DNA of 28,759 bases from NCBI GenBank assembly GCA_050486505.1, contig JBJHDK010000029.1, positions 1-28,759 of the forward strand, in the 5' to 3' direction. The position numbers and the translations under genes were made by a program. Below the pieces are notes generated by a model. It saw nothing but the letters and a program-made list of their open reading frames with translations, made no database searches and was not told where the DNA came from. Of the stretch, positions 18,589 through 25,319 are shown in pieces; the stretch's first letter is position 1; each line of letters starts with the position of its first letter. Source of the stretch: Fibrobacteria bacterium. Lineage in GTDB: Bacteria > Fibrobacterota > Fibrobacteria > UBA11236.

Positions 18589-19515
18589 TCAGGGCGCCCC
18601 ATGGGTCGCCCCTACGCGGATCACTTCGCGCGCCACGATCCCCTTTTCGTTGCGACCGAGCTTGAACTCGACGTCGTCCCCCTCCGCAAGGGCGGAAAAG
18701 TCGCCGTCGACATCGAGGTGGTAGAAGAACACGTCGCCCTCGAGTTGCGGGGCGACGATGAAACCGTACCCCTCCTTGATCCGTTTGATGCGCCCCTCGT
18801 ACACGGTGTCGTCGGTCGCGACGGCGGCGGCATCCGCCTGGTTCCGGGCCGGGCGCATCACGGGAGCGGCGGGCACGAAAAGGTTGTTCACCAACGGATC
18901 CTCCTGCGCCCCGGGAGCATCGATGATTTCGGACATCATCACCGGGTAGGTGCACTCCGCCTGCAGGGCTTGCGAAGTGCGGGTCTCGCGCTCCTCGCCC
19001 GCCTCGTCGCGGTACCGGAACTCCCAGCCGAGCAGCATCACGCGCGTCCCGAGGGTGTTGAGCTTTCGCACAAGCGGCACGAAGTCGCCATCGCCCGCGA
19101 TGAGAACCACCACATCGAAGCGCTTCAGCACGGCGAGCTCGTAGGTCTCCAGCGCCAGCCAGACGTCGATCCCCTTCTCGCTGGATCCAGCCACCGGCAG
19201 GTAGTGCGTGGTGATGTTCTGGCGCACGAGGATGTCCTCGAAGACGCGCTCACTGAGGAGCTTGTTCCTCTCTTCCACGACCTTCGAAGGCAGGCGGCCA
19301 CGAAAGTAGTGCGCGTCGACGATGGTGCAATAGCGCGCGTCGACGCCCTCCAGCTGCGCCACCTTGCCTCGCGCGAAGGCATGGAGGCCGTCGAGGCTGA
19401 TGCGCGCATTCCGCGCGTGGTGGTAGAGGTAATAGTTGCTGACATGGAGGAAAAAGTTCCCGTCGTAGACGATGCCCATGCGGACGAGTTTGTTGCCTGA
19501 TTGCGAAAGATGCAT
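18589..19515 (-). CDS. NYN (LabA/DUF88, PIN-like) domain protein with C-terminal cold-shock domain
   Basis: YDGNF, EKGIDVWLALE and LIAGDGDFVPLV..L...G (NYN); EGRIKRIKEGYGFI...DVFFY...EGDDVEF (CSD RNP1/RNP2). AAGGA SD. Confidence 0.92.
   Translation of the reverse strand: MHLSQSGNKLVRMGIVYDGNFFLHVSNYYLYHHARNARISLDGLHAFARGKVAQLEGVDARYCTIVDAHYFRGRLPSKVVEERNKLLSERVFEDILVRQNITTHYLPVAGSSEKGIDVWLALETYELAVLKRFDVVVLIAGDGDFVPLVRKLNTLGTRVMLLGWEFRYRDEAGEERETRTSQALQAECTYPVMMSEIIDAPGAQEDPLVNNLFVPAAPVMRPARNQADAAAVATDDTVYEGRIKRIKEGYGFIVAPQLEGDVFFYHLDVDGDFSALAEGDDVEFKLGRNEKGIVAREVIRVGATHGAP
18591..18615 (-). repeat. GTAG-type REP-like hairpin inside the 3' end of the NYN-CSD gene
   Basis: Minus strand GTAGGGGCGACCCATGGGGCGCCCT, translated as ...VGATHGAP*. 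Confidence 0.7.
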
Positions 19516-19609
19516 GACGGATTCCTTGATGAATGAATAGCGGGCCGCAGCCCAATGCGTTACGATGACTGGACGCCTGCGCCGTAAAGTCCGGCGCGTC
19601 GCATCGGAA

Positions 19610-20464
19610 TCAGTGTATAAAAACCGATGCCGTCAATCCTGCGAAGATCACGAGACTGATGATGGCGTTGGCCAGGAAGAAGTCCTGGTTGAGACCGTCG
19701 AGGGAGTCCCCCCGACGGAAGAAATGCAGGTAGGCGATCCCCCCCGCCGTCGCCGCCAGCGCGATCTGGAACGGCCACCCCTGCCGGAACAGGAATTCGA
19801 AGAGCAGGAGCACCGCAAGCATGGCAGCGTGCAGCAGCATGCTGATGCGCAATGCGCCCTCGCGCCCGAAGCGGACCACGACGGAATGCAACCCCGCACC
19901 CCGATCGAAGGCCTCATCCTGCGAGGCGTAGATGATGTCGAAACCCGCAATCCAGAGCAGCAGGACGAGGCAGAGCAACAAGGGCTCGGGGGCGAATGCT
20001 CCCGTCACCGCGATCCAGGCCCCCACCGGCGAGATCCCGATGGCCAGGCCGAGCCAGAGATGGGACCAATGGGTAAACCTCTTCGTCAGGGAGTAAAAGC
20101 ACACGGCAATGAGCGCGGGCACCGACAGGGCGAAGGCGAGCGGGTTCAGGAACCAGGTCGCCCCGACGAAGAGCGCGGCGTTCATGCCCAGGAACATCGT
20201 CACACCGCCGCGACTGAGGATGCCGGCGGGAAGGTGTCGTGCGGCGGTGCGGGGGTTGCGCGCATCGTAATCCGCGTCGACGAGGCGGTTGAAGGCCATG
20301 GCGGCATTGCGCGCAAAGACCATGCAAAGCACTACCAGCAAGAACACGCGCGTCCCCGGCCACCCCCGGGCCGCCAGGAACAACGCCGCCAGCGCGAAGG
20401 GCAAGGCGAACAGGGTGTGCGAAAACCGGACGAGCGAGAGGTAGTGACGGAGGGTTGATAGCAT
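19610..20464 (-). CDS. UbiA-family prenyltransferase, MqnP-type (futalosine menaquinone pathway)
   Basis: RFSHTLFALPFA, AMAFNRLVDADYDARNPRT..RHLP, YSLTKRFT and GFDIIYASQD; clustered with ubiX and menG. Confidence 0.92.
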   Translation of the reverse strand: MLSTLRHYLSLVRFSHTLFALPFALAALFLAARGWPGTRVFLLVVLCMVFARNAAMAFNRLVDADYDARNPRTAARHLPAGILSRGGVTMFLGMNAALFVGATWFLNPLAFALSVPALIAVCFYSLTKRFTHWSHLWLGLAIGISPVGAWIAVTGAFAPEPLLLCLVLLLWIAGFDIIYASQDEAFDRGAGLHSVVVRFGREGALRISMLLHAAMLAVLLLFEFLFRQGWPFQIALAATAGGIAYLHFFRRGDSLDGLNQDFFLANAIISLVIFAGLTASVFIH

Positions 20465-20470
20465 CGAGGT

Positions 20471-20769
20471 AATTACGAATTAAGAATTACGAATTAAGAA
20501 TTAAGAATTGAAGACAGGGTGTCGGAACATTTAAGAAACCCACGTCCAGCTTTAATGACAGCGCATCAATCATGGTCGAATTCAGCAAGATCAATTAGGA
20601 ATCAAGAATTGGGCCCCATGAGGTCGCGGAGCGAACGAATCATTAAGAGTTGAACACAGGGAGAGTGCTTGCACAATAACATCAATGCGCTCTGCATAGA
20701 ATGCACGTAGACCGGTTTCCAACACATCTCCCCCATCCATTCGTAATTCTTAATTCGTAATTCTCAACT
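20471..20769. repeat. Inverted heptamer tandem-repeat element (AATTAMG)n ... (CKTAATT)n with AT-richer interior
   Basis: Left 6 units at 20471-20512; 3 degenerate internal units at 20593-20613; right cgtaatt cttaatt cgtaatt ctcaact at 20742-20769. Confidence 0.9.
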
Positions 20770-21327
20770 CCCCGTCCCCATCTCCCTCCACCGCTTGCTC
20801 ACGGGGTGGTCGAGACCCAAGTGGTCAAGGACGCGCGCAAGCACGGTGTCGACAAGATCCTCGATGGTCTTCGGCTTGAGATAAAAAGCCGGGTTGGGCG
20901 GCAGCACCACCGCGCCGAGATCGGACAAGGCGGCCTGGTTGCGAAAGTGCACGGCATGCATGGGGGTTTCCCTGGGAAGCACGACCAGGCGGCGACGCTC
21001 CTTGAGCGTGGCATCCGCAGCCCGGGCCAGCAGCGAGTCCCCGATGCCGTGGGCGATTTTCCCCAGGGTCGCCATGCTGCAGGGCGCGATCACCATGCCG
21101 CGATGGCGAAAGGATCCGCTCGCCACGGGCGCGAAAAGGTCGTCGTTGCGATACACTTTGTCCGCCTCTTCGAGCATGGCCTTGTGCCCCTCGAACTGGA
21201 TGACCTGCCTGCCGTGCTCGGTGGCGATCACGTGGACCTCCGCGCCCAGCGCATGCAAGTGGGTCAGCAACCGATGCGCATAAATCGCCCCCGAGGCTCC
21301 GGTCACGCCGATGAGAAACGGTTCCAT
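20764..21327 (-). CDS. ubiX: Flavin prenyltransferase UbiX
   Basis: GVTGASGAIY, ASGSF, IAPCSM.TL..IA.G, RAAD..LKERR.L...RETP and PAFY..P.TIEDLVD. Confidence 0.95.
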   Translation of the reverse strand: MEPFLIGVTGASGAIYAHRLLTHLHALGAEVHVIATEHGRQVIQFEGHKAMLEEADKVYRNDDLFAPVASGSFRHRGMVIAPCSMATLGKIAHGIGDSLLARAADATLKERRRLVVLPRETPMHAVHFRNQAALSDLGAVVLPPNPAFYLKPKTIEDLVDTVLARVLDHLGLDHPVSKRWREMGTGS

Positions 21328-21333
21328 GAGTCG

Positions 21334-22026
21334 CTACTCCTTCGCCGCGCCGTGTTTGATCGCCACGACCGTGTGGGCGATTCCGAAGTCGTGCGCGCGC
21401 ACGCGCGCCACGGTGAACCCCGCCGCGCGGCACAGGGACGCATACTCCCCCGCCGTGCGGAACTCCCGCACGGACCGGACGAGATAGTCGTAGGCCGCGC
21501 GGCGGGACCCGAGGGCGCGTCCCATCAACGGTATGAAAAGGGGCGCGAGCGCGCCGTAGAAAAAGCGGGGAATCAGGGAATCAGGTCGAAAAAACTCGAG
21601 GGTGACGAAAGTGCCCCCCGGCTTGAGCAGAGAATGCACGGCCCCGATTCCCGCCGCGAGATCATCAAGGTTGCGCATGCCGAAACCGCACAGCACGGCA
21701 TCGAGGCTTTCCGGCTTCAGCGGGGGCGCGAGCGCGTCGAGCACCACGGGAGCGGCACCAAGCCGCTTGGGCACTGACAGCGCCAGCATGGGGCGGGAAA
21801 AATCGCCCAACACGCATCCCGCTGCCGAGCCGGCCTTGCGCAAGGCCGCAGCGAAATCCCCCGTGCCGCCGCACAGGTCGAGGACGCGTGCATCGGCCCC
21901 GAGGGGCGGTAAAAAGGACACGGCCTTGCGCCTCCAGGCGAGGTCGCGACCTGCACTCAACACGTGGTTCAGGGTGTCATAGCGGCGTGCGATCCCGTCG
22001 AACATGGTCTGGATGGCGCGGGACAT
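21334..22026 (-). CDS. menG: Demethylmenaquinone methyltransferase (UbiE/MenG family)
   Basis: MFDGIARRYD.LN..LS.G.D..WR, VLDLCGGTGD, FGMRN, LKPGG and AYDYL..SV..F. Confidence 0.92.
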   Translation of the reverse strand: MSRAIQTMFDGIARRYDTLNHVLSAGRDLAWRRKAVSFLPPLGADARVLDLCGGTGDFAAALRKAGSAAGCVLGDFSRPMLALSVPKRLGAAPVVLDALAPPLKPESLDAVLCGFGMRNLDDLAAGIGAVHSLLKPGGTFVTLEFFRPDSLIPRFFYGALAPLFIPLMGRALGSRRAAYDYLVRSVREFRTAGEYASLCRAAGFTVARVRAHDFGIAHTVVAIKHGAAKE

Positions 22027-22039
22027 GGGGGAAAAGTAG

Positions 22040-22130
22040 ACAGTCGGCAGTGAGCATTGGACAGTAAGCAGTCAACAATTTCCTTCGAATGCCCCACCCT
22101 TTGTCCACTGCACACTGCTCACTGCCCACT
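22040..22130. repeat. Inverted heptamer tandem-repeat element (RCAGTNR)n ... (NCACTGC)n
   Basis: Left acagtcg gcagtga gcattgg acagtaa gcagtca acaattt; right ccactgc acactgc tcactgc ccact. Confidence 0.8.
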
Positions 22131-22158
22131 TGAATTTCCCCCTCCATGGGAATAAATT
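22130..22158 (+). promoter_or_regulatory. Sigma70-type promoter for tRNA-Phe
   Basis: TTGAAT, 17-bp spacer, TAAATT; 10 nt upstream of the tRNA. Confidence 0.6.
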
Positions 22159-22168
22159 TGCGTTCCTT

Positions 22169-22244
22169 GCCGCTTTAGCTCAGTTGGTAGAGCAGTGGAC
22201 TGAAAATCCACGTGTCCGCAGTTCAATTCTGCGAGGCGGCACCA
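22169..22244 (+). tRNA. tRNA-Phe (GAA)
   Basis: 76 nt. Acceptor GCCGCTT/AGGCGGC, D-arm GCTC-AGTTGGTA-GAGC, anticodon arm GTGGA-CTGAAAA-TCCAC, T-arm CGCAG-TTCAATT-CTGCG, encoded CCA. Confidence 0.98.
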
Positions 22245-22266
22245 TTTTTCAGCAGCCTTCGGCTGC

Positions 22267-22431
22267 AATTCCGAATCAAGAATTTGGGCACGTGGGGTCG
22301 CCCCAGCCTCAAGGCGAATGAACGGTTGCGAATCGGGAAGTTCATGACCCGTAATCGCAACGCGGGGAGCGGAACTCCCGCACTTCCGTACTCGGCGGAA
22401 TTCTCAACTCTCCAATTCTCAATTCTTAATT
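22267..22431. repeat. Degenerate inverted AATT-heptamer element between tRNA-Phe and greB
   Basis: Left aattccg aatcaag aatttgg; right cggaatt ctcaact ctccaatt ctcaatt cttaatt. Confidence 0.7.
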
Positions 22432-22441
22432 CACTTCCCCC

Positions 22442-22906
22442 ATGTCCAACCCAATCAGCCGCGAAGGTTTCGAAAAGCTCCGGAGCGAATGGGAGCACCT
22501 CTTCCACGAAGTGCGGCCGAAACTGCTCGAAGAGATCGCCGCCGCCGCCGCACAGGGCGACCGCTCTGAAAACGCCGAGTACATCTACGGACGCAAGAAG
22601 CTGCGCGAAATCGATCGCCGCCTGCGTGAGCTTGACGGCAAGATCAGCCGCGCCACGCTCATCGAAGGCACGCGCCGCGACGACAGGATCTACCTCGGTG
22701 CACGCGTCACGCTGAAGAAAACAGGTGGCGGCACGATGACCGTGCAACTGGTGGGCGACGATGAAATCGATCCCGTGGCCGGGCGCATCTCGCGCAACTC
22801 CCCGCTGGGATCCGTCCTCATGGGGCACGCGCCCGAAGGTATCATCCGTGTCGAAACCCCGCGCGGCACGATGGAATACACGATCGAGGCCGTCGCCTAC
22901 GAGTAA
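22442..22906 (+). CDS. greB: Transcription elongation factor GreB
   Basis: RP......AAAQGDRSENAEYIYGRKKLREIDRR (GreB-type signature) and ISRNSPLG. Confidence 0.93.
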   Translation: MSNPISREGFEKLRSEWEHLFHEVRPKLLEEIAAAAAQGDRSENAEYIYGRKKLREIDRRLRELDGKISRATLIEGTRRDDRIYLGARVTLKKTGGGTMTVQLVGDDEIDPVAGRISRNSPLGSVLMGHAPEGIIRVETPRGTMEYTIEAVAYE

Positions 22907-22937
22907 TCCGGAATCGCGCGCCCGCGGGTCCTTCCGA

Positions 22938-22985
22938 AGGGGCGCCCCCGTCATCCCGGCGAAGGCCGGGAGGGTCGCCCCCTTA
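22938..22985. repeat. Nested REP-like structure: CGTC-type hairpin inside a GGGGCG(A)CCC-type hairpin
   Basis: AAGGGGCGCCC-C-[CGTCATCCCGGCGAAGGCCGGGA, 22949-22971]-GGGTCGCCCCTT at the convergent greB junction. Confidence 0.7.
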
Positions 22986-23531
22986 GCCCGCGAAGTCCAT
23001 AAACCGCGGGCGCACCTCGTCCCAGCGCAACCAGGCCTCCACCCCTTCGGGGGTGATCTCCCGGGCGGCGGGCAGCAGCCCCTGCTTGCGCAACTCTTCG
23101 AAAAAAGCCTTTTGGTCGGAAACACCCCAGGAGGCAGCTTTTTCGAGCCAATCGGGAGGCAGACGGCGCAGCGGCCTGAACGGTTCCGGGACAGGGAGCC
23201 CCCCTGCGTAGGCGCGCAAGAGGTGCGGCCCCCACTCTACCCAAGGGATACCTCCGCGCAGCAGCCGGATCCCCGCGCGCTCCTCGAGTCCGCCCGTGAA
23301 GCGCACCAGCCACAGGTCGCCGGCGAAATGCGCCAGAACCTTGGCCGGGCGGAACACGACCGGCGTTTCAGGGGTTTCGCGCCAAGGGCACGGCATCGGA
23401 GTCAGCGACTCTTCGCGCCCCCGCCGCTTCCATGCGGCCCGCTGGGCCGCGCGGTCGGCGCGTTTCAGGCGAAGGTGCTTTTCCTTGTCCCAGGAGTCGG
23501 GAACGATGCGCTTGGGGCGTTCGAATCGCAT
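22983..23531 (-). CDS. Hypothetical protein
   Basis: 182-aa ORF filling the gap between the ACP-like gene and greB; no recognisable motif. Confidence 0.5.
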   Translation of the reverse strand: MRFERPKRIVPDSWDKEKHLRLKRADRAAQRAAWKRRGREESLTPMPCPWRETPETPVVFRPAKVLAHFAGDLWLVRFTGGLEERAGIRLLRGGIPWVEWGPHLLRAYAGGLPVPEPFRPLRRLPPDWLEKAASWGVSDQKAFFEELRKQGLLPAAREITPEGVEAWLRWDEVRPRFMDFAG

Positions 23532-23585
23532 GACGGATGAAACCGTGCGGGGGTGTCCGGACTCCCGCGCCGACGGGGCGGGTTA

Positions 23586-23828
23586 CTACTCCGCGTAGGC
23601 GCGCAGCACGGAGGCCACGTCGTCGAGCGCGCAGAATGCCGCAAAATCAAGATCCTTGCCGAATTCGGCGTTCAAGCGCTCCAGCAGGGCCTTGCGTTCG
23701 GTGTAGGCGATGCTGTAGTCGGCGATGAAACGGTCGGCGTCCTGGATATCGTCGGGTTCGAACCCGACAACCTCGGCGATCGCCTGACGAACCTTCTGGG
23801 CTTTGTCCTTGTCCAATGCTGGCTCCAT
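23586..23828 (-). CDS. Acyl-carrier-protein-like protein lacking the DSL serine
   Basis: 80 aa, acidic, from ATG 23828: KVRQAIAEVVGFEPDDIQDADRFIADYSIAYTERKALLERLNAEFG...DVASVL, which follows the ACP helix pattern. Confidence 0.75.
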   Translation of the reverse strand: MEPALDKDKAQKVRQAIAEVVGFEPDDIQDADRFIADYSIAYTERKALLERLNAEFGKDLDFAAFCALDDVASVLRAYAE

Positions 23829-23991
23829 GGAAAAATGATGCAGGATTCGTGAAATCCGTGCTTTTCCACAAGTTAAGTTCCACGGCTGGCCTTGCACAGG
23901 AAAAATTCAGGTCCCGCGAGATTTGTGCGGGGGTGCGGTTCCTTCACTCGAGTTCAGGGGCCGGAAACTTGAAAAAGCTCCGTTCGGTGAC

Positions 23992-25149
23992 TCAGGTCAC
24001 CTCGGCCAACAGCGGGTGTCGGGCGATCCAACCCTCCAGGTCGAACCCTGAGTTCGCCCGATCCACGAACAATGCCGGGAAACCAGGAGATGCAAGGGCC
24101 CGACGCAAGCCTTCACCGGGATCGAGGGCATCCTGGTCCTGCCAAAAGGCGAGCCCGGCCTGCCGGGCATGCACCGCAAGGTACTCCTGTTCGGGCTGTC
24201 CGGGAGTGGGCACAAGCAGCACACCCGCCTTGCCAAGCCCGGCCAGTTCCATCAGGGTCGTATAGCCCGAACGACAGACCACGCTCCGGGCCCCGGCGAT
24301 GAGGGAGAGTAACCGGTCTTGGGGAAGATGGTCGTACACTGTGAGCTCGCCGGGCCGCGGCAACCCCGGATCGACCGCCTTCGCTTTCCCGGGTTTGCCG
24401 CGCACCAGCACGCGGGTGCCCGGCAGGCTGGCCAGGGAATCGCGCAGGGATTTTTCGAACAAAGTGCGCTGGGGCTCGGGACCGCTGACGAGGGCCAAGA
24501 GATCCACCGAAGCGTCGGAGGCGGCATCGGCGGGCCGGTTCCACGGCAGGGAATCGGGACGGAAGCGGCACAGCGGGCGGATGTAGCGCACCGAAGGCCA
24601 GTCTCCCGGGGGGTGGCCGAGGCGACCGGAAAGGGTTTCTTCCAGGCTTCCGCCGCCCGGAAAATCGGGCACCCAGATTTCGCGAAACCCCGAAAGCGCA
24701 CGCCGGTTGAGCCAACGCAATGGCGGGGCCAGCAATGCCCGCACCCAGGCCGGGCCCGGCGGCAAAATTTCGAGCTGGTGCGTGACGAACACGCAGGACA
24801 CCCCCGGCGTGCGGAAACCGTAGCGCCCGTCGGCGATGATGAGCCCGGCCCCGTGCTTGCGCGTCAGCCGGCGCGCGCGCGCGCGGTCACGACGCATCGA
24901 GAGCAGAAAGAACGGCAGCTGGGCGAGCAACCACAGGGGCAGCAAGGCGCGATGGCGGGTGTAGCGCATGCGCCATGACCCGATGTTCTCGGTTTCGATG
25001 TCGGGGAACTCGGCGCGCAGAAGGCGAAGGCCGGCGCCGCCCGCGCACACCACCGGCTCGTGTCCCGCGGCGCGCAACGCCCGGATCAAGGGGATGCAAC
25101 GGGTGGCGTGGCCGAGGCCCCAGTCGAGGGGTGCGATGAGGATGCGCAT
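23992..25149 (-). CDS. GT-B fold glycosyltransferase (MurG/GT28-like)
   Basis: APLDWGLGHATRC, VSGPEPQRT, CRSGYTTLMEL and VPTPGQPEQEYLA. Confidence 0.88.
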   Translation of the reverse strand: MRILIAPLDWGLGHATRCIPLIRALRAAGHEPVVCAGGAGLRLLRAEFPDIETENIGSWRMRYTRHRALLPLWLLAQLPFFLLSMRRDRARARRLTRKHGAGLIIADGRYGFRTPGVSCVFVTHQLEILPPGPAWVRALLAPPLRWLNRRALSGFREIWVPDFPGGGSLEETLSGRLGHPPGDWPSVRYIRPLCRFRPDSLPWNRPADAASDASVDLLALVSGPEPQRTLFEKSLRDSLASLPGTRVLVRGKPGKAKAVDPGLPRPGELTVYDHLPQDRLLSLIAGARSVVCRSGYTTLMELAGLGKAGVLLVPTPGQPEQEYLAVHARQAGLAFWQDQDALDPGEGLRRALASPGFPALFVDRANSGFDLEGWIARHPLLAEVT

Positions 25150-25152
25150 GGG

Positions 25153-25308
25153 AATTAAGAATTCAGAATTACGAATTACGAATTACGAATGAAAGGGGGG
25201 TGCCGTGAATCACGGATATCCGTGACATCGCCTGATTATCAATTGGATACTTCACACAAGCAACGTCCTTGCATTCAATTCGTAATTCGTAATTCGTAAT
25301 TCGTAATT
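25153..25308. repeat. Inverted heptamer tandem-repeat element (AATTACG)n ... (CGTAATT)n
   Basis: Left aattaag aattcag (aattacg)x3 at 25153-25187; right (cgtaatt)x4 at 25281-25308; internal perfect palindrome TCACGGATATCCGTGA at 25210-25225. Confidence 0.92.
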
Positions 25309-25319
25309 GACCCTGCTGC

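Noticed and set aside
22169..22440. Genomic island or prophage integrated at tRNA-Phe
   Set aside because: No integrase, no duplicated tRNA 3' end seen, and housekeeping genes flank both sides.
23564..23583. Hairpin after the ACP-like gene sharing the 12-mer GCCCCGTCGGCG with the serA terminator
   Set aside because: Short GC-only match, imperfect stem and no U-tract; not enough to call a terminator or a repeat family.
23862..23870. DnaA-box-like TTTTCCACA
   Set aside because: Single copy with a mismatch; no cluster of boxes or origin context.
20471..25308. CRISPR array interpretation of the AATT repeats
   Set aside because: Units are 7 nt, directly tandem and inverted between arms. There is no 23-47-nt repeat/spacer periodicity and no cas gene.
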